Shown: positions 1 to 9,077, numbered from the stretch's first letter. The stretch is 40,763 nt of DNA from a virus (IMGVR_UViG_3300038431_000007:1-40763); one strand, 5' to 3'. Translations and numbers: made by a program. The notes: a model not told the origin generated them from the sequence alone.

Positions 1-127
1 TAAGTCCTTTGACTGGGCCATATACGCCATCAACTTTGGGATCTATTACTTTAATATCTAAAGAAAATTTTGATCCGCCTTGAGTTGCACCAATGACCGC
101 TTCTCCGGCCTCATTATAATTAACGTA
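1..127. repeat. 127-bp direct terminal repeat, left copy
   Basis: Bases 1-127 (taagtcctttgactgggcc...ataattaacgta) recur base for base as the last 127 bases (40637-40763). A minus-strand ORF reads in frame across the implied junction. Confidence 0.97.
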
Positions 128-193
128 TACAACACCTTCACCCAGCAAAATATCATTTGCATTCGGGACTATAGGAGTTACAACACCTGTCAT
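1..193 (-). CDS. Short tail-tube paralogue, N-terminal 64 codons (continues across the junction into 40636..40287)
   Basis: ATG at 193 with AGGA-type RBS upstream. Translation is MTGVVTPIVPNANDILLGEGVVYVNYNEAGEAVIGATQGGSKFSLDIKVIDPKVDGVYGPVKGL. It joins in frame (..K-R-I-E-K-MIPHLIV) to the ORF listed at 40287..40622. Confidence 0.8.
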   Translation of the reverse strand, partial: MTGVVTPIVPNANDILLGEGVVYVNYNEAGEAVIGATQGGSKFSLDIKVIDPKVDGVYGPVKGL

Positions 194-219
194 AATTTTT
201 CACATCCTTTAAATTGATA

Positions 220-1317
220 TTAAACATCATAGTCTCTGATTAAAATCGGAGTTGTCAATGGGCTATTTGCTGTGTAATGTCCTAAAAATTCAGTCCCGGA
301 TACAACTTCGGTTTTTTCTTTTAAGGCTCTTTCAATTTTTCCATCATTGGCAACATTTTTAACAATTACTATAAAACTTTTTCCATCATGTTTTTTACCA
401 ACAACGGCCACATTCTCATAATAATTATCCTCATTGGCATCAAGGTTTCCGACTATTTTTCTATAATTGCCCTCATCTGTCATGCTAAAGAAAGACATTC
501 CATTTAATGGCAAGATTGCAGATTTAGATTGATTTTGTAATAATGAAATTGCATCAACATAAAATGTAACCTCAGCACTTGGAGCGGCATTCAATTGAAA
601 ACTTATACCAGTAACGGCGGACCATGAAGCAGTTCCAGTCTGAGTAAATGAGGTTTTAGCAATTTTAAAAACATTCCATCCATTTACTAAAGCTGTATAA
701 GCAACATCATAATAATATAAATTAGTAACTGTTAATTCAGCATCTTTATGTATATTTAATCTTATTCCAGCGGTCCCCAAGTTAGTTATATTTGCTGTAG
801 TTATATAAATTGCAAAACAAATATAATCTGCAGTTGTTGAAACCTCTGCATTATCAAAAGCAGTCAAATCTTTGGAACTTGCAAAAACTTCATGAATTCC
901 ATATTGTGTAGTATCGGCCACACATTTAGCCGCCTGAACCCCAGCCAAAACAATAGTAGTTTCAGCAGTGTAAACTCCACCACCGCCGGCCCAATCTTTT
1001 GACTCCCATGTTCCGTCACTTTCACAATCTGAAATAATTTTATTGTTAAAATATCTTAAACAAAGAGTTTCAACTGCTAACCTAACAATAAATTCCCTAT
1101 ATCTTTTGAGTGGTACCCCATTGGCATCAAGTTGGCCACCATAAGCACCATCAAATTTTATATCTTCTATCTTTCTAACTATTTGACATTTTACGCCGCC
1201 CTGTAAGGCCCCTAAAGCTATTTGATTGGGTAATTCATAATTTCCATATAGACAGCATTCGCCTAAAACTATATCATTGGCCGCAGGTACGGTTGGCGTT
1301 ACAACACCAGTTGACAT
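220..1317 (-). CDS. Major tail (tube) protein, long paralogue with ~185-aa CBM-like insertion
   Basis: The N-terminus MSTGVVTPTVPAANDIVLGE aligns with MTGVVTPIVPNANDILLGE of the ~180-aa paralogue. The C-terminus VVGKKHDGKSFIVIVKNV...IRDYDV aligns with its FVGQKHDGKACKIIVKNS...VHEYDV. The gene sits between the neck genes and the tail chaperones. The central part (about 493..1050) is absent from the paralogue, is beta-rich and contains VNGWNVFKIAKTSF...VTFYVDAISL. Confidence 0.7.
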   Translation of the reverse strand: MSTGVVTPTVPAANDIVLGECCLYGNYELPNQIALGALQGGVKCQIVRKIEDIKFDGAYGGQLDANGVPLKRYREFIVRLAVETLCLRYFNNKIISDCESDGTWESKDWAGGGGVYTAETTIVLAGVQAAKCVADTTQYGIHEVFASSKDLTAFDNAEVSTTADYICFAIYITTANITNLGTAGIRLNIHKDAELTVTNLYYYDVAYTALVNGWNVFKIAKTSFTQTGTASWSAVTGISFQLNAAPSAEVTFYVDAISLLQNQSKSAILPLNGMSFFSMTDEGNYRKIVGNLDANEDNYYENVAVVGKKHDGKSFIVIVKNVANDGKIERALKEKTEVVSGTEFLGHYTANSPLTTPILIRDYDV

Positions 1318-1332
1318 AATAACAACTCCTTT

Positions 1333-1719
1333 CTATCTCAATTCTAAATAATATCTTTGGTGGAATCTATAAATTCCGGGTTGGTCGTCGGGGATTTCAT
1401 CAGCAAAATCCAAATAACATTTAAAAAATCCGTCGGTTTCAACTTGCCAGGCTCTATGCATGACCGCTTTTACAGCCTCAACCGCCGTTAAAACTGTAGT
1501 GCTGTCAATCTCATCTTCGTTGGAAGTTGCTTTATTCCAGTAATCAATTTCACATAGCCAAATTTCTTTAATTATATCCTCATTGCTTATATTTTTTAAT
1601 TTATAAACACAATAAGGGAATACAGCATCAGAAGGTGGCTTTGTGGCATAAACATTAATTGTTGTTGCCGCATCGATTTTTTCCCCGATATATTGTTTGA
1701 ACTTTGCAAATGTCATCAT
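1333..1719 (-). CDS. Tail terminator / tail-completion-like neck protein (putative)
   Basis: 128-aa ORF in the slot immediately upstream of the tube gene and downstream of the gp10-like gene. There is no diagnostic motif, so the call is by synteny and size. Confidence 0.45.
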   Translation of the reverse strand: MMTFAKFKQYIGEKIDAATTINVYATKPPSDAVFPYCVYKLKNISNEDIIKEIWLCEIDYWNKATSNEDEIDSTTVLTAVEAVKAVMHRAWQVETDGFFKCYLDFADEIPDDQPGIYRFHQRYYLELR

Positions 1720-1721
1720 AA

Positions 1722-2042
1722 TTATAAACCCTCTTTCATTGCCTCTCCTGCTATTCTTTCAATTTCTGATAAATGATTATAAACCGCCGGCCTAAAAAAT
1801 GGGTGGGCCGGCATTTTGCATGTTCCCATTTCCTGATAAATAGCATATAAAGCATCATTCATTAACCAAAGTTCATTTTGTTTTATTACATATGTACATC
1901 TTGACTGCATGTAACCAGTATCAACAGCCGCATAAAATTTCATCTTTTCAACACAAAACGCACCAATAGCATTTAAAGCCTTTTCTTGATTTCCTTTTAA
2001 CTGAGCCATAAATTTACCGGTCCTATTTACTAATCTAATCAT
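1722..2042 (-). CDS. HK97 gp10-family neck / tail-completion protein
   Basis: 106 aa. The C-terminal IYQEMGTCKMPAHPFFRPA matches the Y-x-E-x-G-T..M.A.PF..PA hallmark of the HK97 gp10 family. It lies in the neck-gene position. Confidence 0.6.
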   Translation of the reverse strand: MIRLVNRTGKFMAQLKGNQEKALNAIGAFCVEKMKFYAAVDTGYMQSRCTYVIKQNELWLMNDALYAIYQEMGTCKMPAHPFFRPAVYNHLSEIERIAGEAMKEGL

Positions 2043-2134
2043 AAAATCAACCCCTATATTTAACGGTCAATATTGGATTATTACCACTGTCTGCTTCCTT
2101 GCTTGCTAATTGGAGCCAAGTGATAACATTTAAA

Positions 2135-2395
2135 TCACACCCCTTGATATAATATTACTGTACCACTTGCAATAACTACACTTGTAAAACGGCCATATAT
2201 TACAGTTCCGGCATCAAATGATATTGAAGTTATACCGGTTGGGTTTCCTGTACAAGTTAAAACAGCAGTTGTAATAATTTGAATGGTCACAAAAACAAAA
2301 TTAGTTGATGGAGTTTTAGTAGCGGCCCCAGAATAAACCCCACCAAATTGCCCCATACTTGCACTAATTAAATCATTAGCTTGATTACTCATCAT
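2135..2395 (-). CDS. Hypothetical small virion-module protein
   Basis: 86-aa ORF with a GGTGG RBS. It is G/T/S/V-rich and looks beta-rich. It lies between the fibre gene and the neck genes. Confidence 0.6.
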   Translation of the reverse strand: MMSNQANDLISASMGQFGGVYSGAATKTPSTNFVFVTIQIITTAVLTCTGNPTGITSISFDAGTVIYGRFTSVVIASGTVILYQGV

Positions 2396-2412
2396 TTACA
2401 CCACCTTTATTA

Positions 2413-3546
2413 TTAAGCATCTGCCGTAACTCTTACATAATTTGTTCCATCACAGCGAACTATTGCAGTCTTGGTTGTTGCAACCTCAACTCCAGTTCCG
2501 GCCGCTGTTTTTATAGTACAAGCAGAAGCCGTCGCATTATATAAGATGTAAACTTTATTTGCAGTTGTCGGAGCAATAATATTAGTTGCACCGCTTGAAT
2601 TACTTGTTGATAAAAATATTGTTTTAATCTCAGCCGCAGACAAAGTCCAATCGGCCGCCGCTCCTGCATAGTCATGAGTAGAAATCGCAAATGTTAAATC
2701 TGGACTTGTAACAACCGGAGCAGTTAAAGTCTTATTTGTTAATGTCTGAGTTGCCGCATTTGCTGTCAATGTATCGCTTGCAGCATCTGGTAAAGTCATT
2801 AACTTAGTTTTTCCGGCATCCTGATAAATACTAGCAATAACCGGAGTTGTTAAGGTTTTATTTGTAAATGTCTGAGTTGCCGCTAAAGCCGCCAAAGTAT
2901 CAGAAGCAGTATTTGGAACTGTCATTAATTTTGTTTTACCGGCATCTTGGTATAGACTGGCAATAATTGGAGTTGTCAAAGTTTTTAATGTCAATGTTTG
3001 CTCTGTATCTTTCATAACAAAAGTATCTGCCGCATCCCCTATATCTGGGATTGTGACAGTTGCGGCCGCATTTGTTTGGTCCGCACTTGTTAAAGTAACT
3101 CCGGAATCTGTATCGTCTATGATTGGGGTTGTTAAAGTTTTATTTGTTAAAGTTTCGGCTCCTGTCTTACTTGCAAAACCGGCTATACTTGTTACAACTT
3201 CATTAATTGCAACAACAACATTTGATTTAGCAGTTGTTGTCAAGCTTGATAAAGTTCCAACTTTAGCACTTGCCGCACTAACATCAATTACAACTTCATT
3301 GATTGCATCAACAACGCTGTCTTTATCTGTAGTTGTAAGACTATTTAAACTTCCAACTTTTACATCAGTGGCCAATTCTGTATTACTAATTAAACCAGCA
3401 CCAACAGATCCAACACTAACAGCCTTTGAATTCGTACCGTCATGGTCATGCCCGGTTGAGGTTTCATATAGTAACATAAATAAATTTCTAAGATGAGGAT
3501 TTTTACAATATTGTTCTATTTGACTTTTTAAAGATGTTTCAGCCAT
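2413..3546 (-). CDS. Repeat-containing fibre protein (putative head fibre / decoration)
   Basis: 377 aa with a GGAG RBS. It has four TLT(T/A)P-initiated repeats ending in TLTNK. It also has two KVG(S/T)L(N/S)SLTTT..AINEVV units. The gene lies between the capsid and neck genes rather than in the tail module. Confidence 0.45.
   Translation of the reverse strand: MAETSLKSQIEQYCKNPHLRNLFMLLYETSTGHDHDGTNSKAVSVGSVGAGLISNTELATDVKVGSLNSLTTTDKDSVVDAINEVVIDVSAASAKVGTLSSLTTTAKSNVVVAINEVVTSIAGFASKTGAETLTNKTLTTPIIDDTDSGVTLTSADQTNAAATVTIPDIGDAADTFVMKDTEQTLTLKTLTTPIIASLYQDAGKTKLMTVPNTASDTLAALAATQTFTNKTLTTPVIASIYQDAGKTKLMTLPDAASDTLTANAATQTLTNKTLTAPVVTSPDLTFAISTHDYAGAAADWTLSAAEIKTIFLSTSNSSGATNIIAPTTANKVYILYNATASACTIKTAAGTGVEVATTKTAIVRCDGTNYVRVTADA
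2731..2982 (-). repeat. In-frame tandem duplication, 2 x 126 bp, inside the fibre gene
   Basis: Residues 189-230 are TLTTPIIASLYQDAGKTKLMTVPNTASDTLAALAATQTFTNK. Residues 231-272 are TLTTPVIASIYQDAGKTKLMTLPDAASDTLTANAATQTLTNK. The similarity is also visible at the nucleotide level. Confidence 0.85.
3184..3360 (-). repeat. In-frame 32-codon repeat pair inside the fibre gene
   Basis: KVGSLNSLTTTDKDSVVDAINEVVIDV (aa 63-89) pairs with KVGTLSSLTTTAKSNVVVAINEVVTSI (aa 95-121). Confidence 0.8.
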
Positions 3547-3706
3547 ATAAAAAAGCTCCTTTCAATTTTAAAATAAAAAATCTTTGGAACTTATTTTACA
3601 TTTTTTAGATTTCAAGAAATTTTCACTATATTATTTTCTAAATCTCAAGTAGTAAAATAAATTTTACATTTGTTCCTTAAGTTATAATTTAATATTACAT
3701 TATATT

Positions 3707-3931
3707 TTATTTTTTTACAACTGCCGCAGATGGTGCAATTGATGGAGATGGATTCGCTGTATCTTGTGGAGTCTTTTTTGCCTTTTTAGATTTCACAATA
3801 ACTTCTTCACCCTTGGAATTAACAACTATTTTATCAACCTCAATTGTTGTTGCCATTAATAATCCAGCAACACAAAGAGCCATTAAAATAATTATAACTT
3901 TGTTTAAATTTCTATTTATAATATAAATCAT
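3707..3931 (-). CDS. Small membrane-anchored protein (moron-like insertion after the capsid gene)
   Basis: 74 aa with a strong RBS AAAAGGAGGA. It has one N-terminal TM segment (VIIILMALCVAGLLMATT) and a K/P/S-rich tail. A hairpin lies upstream and 160 bp of non-coding DNA lies downstream. Confidence 0.6.
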   Translation of the reverse strand: MIYIINRNLNKVIIILMALCVAGLLMATTIEVDKIVVNSKGEEVIVKSKKAKKTPQDTANPSPSIAPSAAVVKK

Positions 3932-3953
3932 TATTTATCCTCCTTTTAAAATA

Positions 3954-3979
3954 GGCCCAGTCAAGTAATCAACTGAGCC
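3954..3979 (-). terminator. Hairpin directly after the capsid gene (leaky terminator / RNA stabiliser)
   Basis: The minus-strand RNA GGCUCAGUUG-AUUACU-UGACUGGGCC forms a 9-10 bp stem including G-U pairs, followed by UAUUUU. It lies 25 nt after the capsid stop codon. Confidence 0.5.
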
Positions 3980-4003
3980 ATTATATAAATTAATCGATTA
4001 AGC

Positions 4004-5002
4004 TTATGAATATAAAAGTCCGGTAATTTTTCCATGATATTCTTCTGGTCCATGGTCAATTGAAGCCTGCATATATACTTGTTTAGCAAATGATGCCCCA
4101 TCCGTTGGCTTATCTTCTATGATAATGTATTTTCCATTGACTGGGCAAATTGCTATTCTTATTACAGACATTTCAACAAAATAAACTTCTGAAACTGTAA
4201 CATTAGGATCATATAAAATTGTAAATTCGCAAAAATCAGTATAAACCTTTTGAATAGAACTTCCACCCTCAGTTCTGGACATTGGAACATATTCATATAA
4301 GGCTCCAACTTTTTGCCTATTAAAACTATTACATAGCATAACCAAGTTTTGTAATGGTGCTCCTGAATCAACCATTTTCTTAAGACAAGCATTAATAAGT
4401 GCTGTACTTAAATAAGCAGACCCAGCCGCAACTGCATTTGTTGAAATAGCTGTTTTAATACCTCTCATTTTTGCGGCTGTGCTAACAGTTGCCGCACCTT
4501 GATAAACTCCGGTAATTATACAAGTATCTAAATCACTAGCCATTTTTTTAAGATTTCCGACTAACTGAAAATCCAATTCATTCATAACAGGATTACCAGG
4601 TACATTTGTTGACATACCCATTGCAACACCATCTATATTATGGGCTCCTTCTGCTGGAGTTCCCATTGCCATAGTTCCAACGGTTGATAATTTTTTATAT
4701 GAAACCTCAGCCTTCTGCATAAAAATCTGACAAGTTTGTAAATCTTGACCCCTTGTAATTGTTGTTGCTGTAACACCAGTTACGGATTCTGTCTCATCAA
4801 TATCCGGAATAGCACCAGCCCCAGTATCATAAGGGACAGCAACCGGAAATTCAAAACTTGAAACAGTTTTAACAACTGCACTATTTACATTACCTGAATC
4901 ATCTATTGGGGAACCAATAGCATTTAAAAATGGTGTTATTCTATTTCCAACAGCGAATAATTGACCCAAATAATTAAGGTCTGTACTTCTTGTATAAGCC
5001 AT
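4004..5002 (-). CDS. Major capsid protein
   Basis: 332 aa with RBS AGGAGGG. It follows the scaffold gene immediately and is followed by a hairpin. The portal-scaffold-capsid synteny supports the call. Confidence 0.75.
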   Translation of the reverse strand: MAYTRSTDLNYLGQLFAVGNRITPFLNAIGSPIDDSGNVNSAVVKTVSSFEFPVAVPYDTGAGAIPDIDETESVTGVTATTITRGQDLQTCQIFMQKAEVSYKKLSTVGTMAMGTPAEGAHNIDGVAMGMSTNVPGNPVMNELDFQLVGNLKKMASDLDTCIITGVYQGAATVSTAAKMRGIKTAISTNAVAAGSAYLSTALINACLKKMVDSGAPLQNLVMLCNSFNRQKVGALYEYVPMSRTEGGSSIQKVYTDFCEFTILYDPNVTVSEVYFVEMSVIRIAICPVNGKYIIIEDKPTDGASFAKQVYMQASIDHGPEEYHGKITGLLYS

Positions 5003-5013
5003 CTAAATCCCTC

Positions 5014-5682
5014 CTATTTTTGATTTTGTTGAGCATCAAGGGCCTCTATTTGTCTTTGTATTTGTAAAAATGAAGGATTTCCAGCTGCTAAAGCCGCATC
5101 ATATTTTTTAACTAAATCTTCTCTATTATTGGCCGGGGTTGAAACGGTCCCCTTTGGTGGTGTTTGGCCTGTAACCATAGAAGGTTTAAATAACTCATTA
5201 TAAGTTGTCTTTAATGGTGTTACAACCTTTTCATGATTAACTATTGTATTATCAGCCACAACAACATCATCCAAGTTAATGGCTTTAATTAATAAGTCAA
5301 TATGTTTTGCTCCTTCATTAATCAAAAGATTAGTTAATAGAAACTCTTTGTTTTTTTGCTCAATTTGTTTATTGAAAATCATTTCTTGATTCTTAATTTC
5401 CAATCTAAATTTATTTTCTTGCTCTGCTAATTTTGTCTTCATGTCATTGTCAGTAATTAAACCGCCAACATTTTCTAATTGTTTCTTATAATCATTAATT
5501 TGTTGCTCTAAAAGTTTTACTTTTTCGTTTTTCTCATTGAATACATGTTTCGGAATTATTTTTGTTGGATCATTTGCTACATACTCGACATCCCCAATCG
5601 ATTCCTTAAGGACCGTCAACATGCCAGACTCCTCCAACTTTTTATATTTTTCCTCACCTAGTAACCTTTTTAACCATTCCAT
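5014..5682 (-). CDS. Scaffolding protein
   Basis: K/E/Q-rich protein predicted to form coiled coils, between the portal and capsid genes. I moved the start to MEWLKRLL because GGAGG lies 8 nt upstream; the track ORF extends to 5760. Confidence 0.65.
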   Translation of the reverse strand: MEWLKRLLGEEKYKKLEESGMLTVLKESIGDVEYVANDPTKIIPKHVFNEKNEKVKLLEQQINDYKKQLENVGGLITDNDMKTKLAEQENKFRLEIKNQEMIFNKQIEQKNKEFLLTNLLINEGAKHIDLLIKAINLDDVVVADNTIVNHEKVVTPLKTTYNELFKPSMVTGQTPPKGTVSTPANNREDLVKKYDAALAAGNPSFLQIQRQIEALDAQQNQK

Positions 5683-5768
5683 AATAACCTCCGTTTTATA
5701 GTCAATAGACTTTAAATTTATAGTGTTTCCACTCTGTTTTATTTTATAGTGTTTTATCACTTAAATAT

Positions 5769-7076
5769 TTATATAATGGTTCCAATTGGAACCTGTTTAT
5801 TAACTGGCTCTTCTGCTGTCTCATTTGTTATTTTTTCCATTTCTTCTTCTGGATCATCTATCAAAGGATTTAGTTTTAACAAAGTTTCTTTTGAAACCAT
5901 CCCAACCAACGAGATTAACATGTCAACTATCTCAGCTTCATTGATTATTTGAGATTTATTAAATTTTATATTAACTTTTGTTAAATCATCAGGAGGCAAT
6001 TGTTTAAATTCTTTAAATTTATTACTAAAATATAGCATATCCATAATATATCTTTTACATTCCTTGATAAACTTATTACATTTTTGGTCAAGGTTTGTAA
6101 AATAAGCCTTTATTGTAACATTAGTTAAATCCCCACCGGATAACTTTTCAGTATCAACACTATGAGAGAACATATATATATTTTTTCTTAAGATTTCTAA
6201 AAATTCCTTTCTGGCTTGAAAAGGGATTTCATTTGCTATAACTTCAAAGTCCCCACCATCTGAAACATTTATTATTTTATATTTTTTCAAATAATCTATT
6301 AACTCACTCAATGACTGCTCATCTTTTAAAGACTCAGCATAATTAACTAACTTATAAATTACTTCCTGAAAATCAATAAAATTATTTGCAAAATCACTAA
6401 TAGTATAATCATAGGCATCAATTAAACTTTTGATATTATCTAAGTCAGTCATGCCATATCTATTATTTAATAATCTTACAAATGGGATTTTTCCCCAACT
6501 TATACCATTGTCAAGGTGGGTTTCAATTGACTGCTCTATGTACTGAGACCCATTTTTTAAGTAAACATATTTAAAATCATTGTCCCAATATTCTGCATAC
6601 TCATCATCCCCAACCTTATAAGTCCTAATAAGACCGGTTAAGTTCTCTTCTATAGTTCCATCATACAAAGGGATAATTGTTTCAGATTCAACCAACTTTT
6701 GTTTAAATAAACCTTCTCTATCTATCCAAACGAAACACCATCCAACGGATTTCTGGGCTGATTCCTCAGCAACATAATCAATTTCGTCATTTACATCAAA
6801 AGGTAAATCTGCCACATTATCAATGATTACATCTTTAGCCAGGCAATAACTAACTTTTTGGTCAATTATAATTTTTAAAAAATCATTTGCAACTTTTACA
6901 TTTGACCTATAAGTATCTTCAACCTTATTGCCCATATTATAATAGTAAAATTTTCGATTAATTATGTCATTTTCACATTTATAATATCTTTGGCCATCTA
7001 ACATATTTTGATATAAATCAGAACTTATCCATTCGGTTACAATCTTGAATATTTCGTCACCTGTCAAAATATTCAC
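5769..7076 (-). CDS. Portal protein
   Basis: 435-aa ORF immediately downstream of TerL, with an acidic C-terminus. The size and position are typical of SPP1-type portals. The true start may be the TTG at 7067, 8 nt after GGGAGG. Confidence 0.7.
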   Translation of the reverse strand: MNILTGDEIFKIVTEWISSDLYQNMLDGQRYYKCENDIINRKFYYYNMGNKVEDTYRSNVKVANDFLKIIIDQKVSYCLAKDVIIDNVADLPFDVNDEIDYVAEESAQKSVGWCFVWIDREGLFKQKLVESETIIPLYDGTIEENLTGLIRTYKVGDDEYAEYWDNDFKYVYLKNGSQYIEQSIETHLDNGISWGKIPFVRLLNNRYGMTDLDNIKSLIDAYDYTISDFANNFIDFQEVIYKLVNYAESLKDEQSLSELIDYLKKYKIINVSDGGDFEVIANEIPFQARKEFLEILRKNIYMFSHSVDTEKLSGGDLTNVTIKAYFTNLDQKCNKFIKECKRYIMDMLYFSNKFKEFKQLPPDDLTKVNIKFNKSQIINEAEIVDMLISLVGMVSKETLLKLNPLIDDPEEEMEKITNETAEEPVNKQVPIGTII

Positions 7077-7091
7077 CTCCCTATATTTATA

Positions 7092-8372
7092 TTATACTTT
7101 CCTTTTTGGTAAACGCCAACCTTTTGCCATAATAATATCATCTAATGAATATCTAACGGCATCAATTGAGTCATCTTCTAAATCTGGGTACTCTTTTATA
7201 AATTCACCTTGTTTATTTTTTTTGTAAGCATAAAACTTAAATTGTCGATAAACGTCGGGACACCTTTTTTTATCAATATTAATTGCAGACAAATCTTGTA
7301 AATATTTAATACCCCAATGGACCGAATCCTTCCCTTTTTTACAAGCTGTTAAATTTACATCATAAGTATTTTTCAAAGCATCTATTGCCCTTGGTTCTTC
7401 ACAATCAGCCTTTGTAACTACAAAAAAGTTAGACCTTAAATTTATCTCCTCAGCTAGTTTAACATTTGAAATTCCAACTCCAAATATTTGGTCAAAAATA
7501 TCAATTGATTGCCTGGCATTATTATAATTTAATTTAATCCAGGCCGCTGGATGTAAACTAAACCCAAAGTCAAGACCCTGTCTTACTTTCTCAAAATACA
7601 TTGTCTGCTCATCACTAAAAGAGACATTATTAACATTTTTAAAAATGGACCCACCAACACCAGTAACAAGACCCCTATATTCATTATCATATGCAATCGG
7701 GTTAACTGTTTTTAAATACTCAGCTTCCTTTAAAAATTTTGGACCTAACCATTTAATATCAACATCCGTAAAATCTGAGTGGTGGCGAAGTCTTCCGGGT
7801 TTATTTGCATCGGCCTCGATATTGGCCCAATGTTCAAATTCAGGCGGAGGGTTAAATACAAAAAATACAATTGCTTCTCCACCTCTAGCCAAAGATTGAA
7901 CAACATTTCTAATTTCTTTCATTCCTGAAAATTGGTCAAATTCCTCAAATACAATATATTTAATAAAACCTTTTGGAAGTTTAGTTGATTTAATTTTTAA
8001 TGGATCATCACAACCAAAATATAATATTTTTTGCCCACTTGGTTTAAATACCATTTCCATTGGTGAAACTGTGCATTTATAATCTAATGAGAGGCCCAGT
8101 TTATCAATCCCCCATTCAAATTGGTTATAAACTGAGCCTCTTAATGTATTTGCCACTTTTCTAATTACAGCAGTATGCGTGATTTGGCCTCTTTCTTTCC
8201 AATCTTCTAGCATACCAAATGGGATAATTTCTGAATAAAAACTTGATTTGGTGCTTCCTCTGCCACCTGTTAGAATTATTTCGTCAACTTGCCCATCTAA
8301 TACCGGATTTATTAATTTTGTGAATGATGGTGCTATTATATCTTCTAAACAAACATTAGGCATTTTCATCAC
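7092..8372 (-). CDS. terL: Terminase large subunit
   Basis: 426 aa. Walker A-like ILTGGRGSTKSS lies near the N-terminus, with an acidic nuclease half at the C-terminus (..DDSIDAVRY). The gene is adjacent to the portal gene. Confidence 0.85.
   Translation of the reverse strand: MMKMPNVCLEDIIAPSFTKLINPVLDGQVDEIILTGGRGSTKSSFYSEIIPFGMLEDWKERGQITHTAVIRKVANTLRGSVYNQFEWGIDKLGLSLDYKCTVSPMEMVFKPSGQKILYFGCDDPLKIKSTKLPKGFIKYIVFEEFDQFSGMKEIRNVVQSLARGGEAIVFFVFNPPPEFEHWANIEADANKPGRLRHHSDFTDVDIKWLGPKFLKEAEYLKTVNPIAYDNEYRGLVTGVGGSIFKNVNNVSFSDEQTMYFEKVRQGLDFGFSLHPAAWIKLNYNNARQSIDIFDQIFGVGISNVKLAEEINLRSNFFVVTKADCEEPRAIDALKNTYDVNLTACKKGKDSVHWGIKYLQDLSAINIDKKRCPDVYRQFKFYAYKKNKQGEFIKEYPDLEDDSIDAVRYSLDDIIMAKGWRLPKRKV
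7719..7728 (-). repeat. Polar motif copy (plus-strand text CTCAGCTTCC)
   Basis: Minus strand AAAGGAAGCTGAGTA, inside terL, read as K-E-A-E. Confidence 0.9.
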
Positions 8373-8376
8373 CTTT

Positions 8377-8475
8377 TTTAATTATAGTTACTATTTTTCG
8401 CCTTTTCTTTTTTCTTTGCTCTGTCTCTGTTTTTACAGTTCCAAGAATGAGACTTTTTAAAAATTTATTGCTCAT
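8377..8475 (-). CDS. Possible 32-aa ORF in the MuF-TerL gap
   Basis: MSNKFLKSLILGTVKTETEQRKKEKAKNSNYN. Its ATG overlaps the MuF stop as TAATG. It fills an otherwise non-coding 100 bp. There is no independent support. Confidence 0.3.
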
Positions 8476-9077
8476 TAACTCACCTCTAAAATTGTATGTC
8501 TGCAGTTGGGATGAAATAAACCGTTTGCCCTGGCATTTTCTACTTCTGAGCGGTCCATTATTTTACCTTCATAATTTTTACACAAATCGCATAATGTATG
8601 ATGTGAAGATATTTGGACCTTATCAGCTTTTATCCCATCTAAAGCCCCCAACCTTACCATTTCATTATTCAAATGTGTATAATACATGTTTGTATAGGTT
8701 TCAATGTTCCAATTGGCTCCGTTTTTAGCTTTAAAACCTCTAAATCCCCGGTCAGCCAAATCATATAAAATCTTTTGCTTATCTTCTATTGACTGGGCCG
8801 CTTTTAACTTTCTTAAGGTTTCGTTATAATCTTTTACAGCCAATTTATTCATGCCTTTAACGGCCTCTTTATAGCCATTTATTAAGTTCTCAGCTTCCTT
8901 TGTCAAAGGTTTACCGCCGGAGGCTTGTTTAAACTTTTTAATTAGCTCATCTTCTGACTGCATCAACATTACAGGATTATTAAGTTTAGATTTGAATCTA
9001 AATTGTTTTTCCTGAGCCAAATTTTTTAAAGCTAGGTCCGTTACCTTCTCATAGTAGTTAATTATATTTGCCTGCAT
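8475..9077 (-). CDS. Head morphogenesis protein, SPP1 gp7 / Mu F-like
   Basis: 200 aa. The C-terminal CDLCKNYEGKIM...GLFHPNCRHTI matches the C-x2-C ... HPNCRC signature of Mu F / SPP1 gp7 domains. Confidence 0.7.
   Translation of the reverse strand: MQANIINYYEKVTDLALKNLAQEKQFRFKSKLNNPVMLMQSEDELIKKFKQASGGKPLTKEAENLINGYKEAVKGMNKLAVKDYNETLRKLKAAQSIEDKQKILYDLADRGFRGFKAKNGANWNIETYTNMYYTHLNNEMVRLGALDGIKADKVQISSHHTLCDLCKNYEGKIMDRSEVENARANGLFHPNCRHTILEVS
8883..8903 (-). repeat. Polar motif copy, 21-mer identical to 39919-39939
   Basis: Plus-strand text TAAGTTCTCAGCTTCCTTTGT, inside the MuF-like gene, read as T-K-E-A-E-N-L. Confidence 0.95.

Noticed and set aside
2707-3360. Fibre-gene repeats (and the 18-mer repeats at 32132-32281) as template/variable repeats of a diversity-generating retroelement
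   Set aside because: No reverse transcriptase ORF exists in the genome. The repeats are in-frame tandem or dispersed units of the same protein, and I saw no adenine-specific mismatch pattern.
3053-3496. 147-aa plus-strand ORF antisense to the fibre gene
   Set aside because: It lies entirely inside the well-supported minus-strand fibre gene. It has no RBS. Its low-complexity V/T/L/A composition is the mirror image of the T/A/S-rich repeats.
4162-4392. 76-aa minus-strand ORF nested out of frame in the capsid gene (and likewise 34317..34505 in the Dit-like gene)
   Set aside because: Both are nested within longer, functionally supported ORFs, with no start signals.
8-8801. The recurring 11-mer TTGACTGGGCC (8-18, 8788-8798, reverse copy at 3954-3964, plus partial copies) as a second genome-wide motif
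   Set aside because: There are only three full unique copies, in mixed orientation and in different reading frames. One is part of the post-capsid hairpin. This is too few to separate from the general GGCC/GGGCC richness without statistics.
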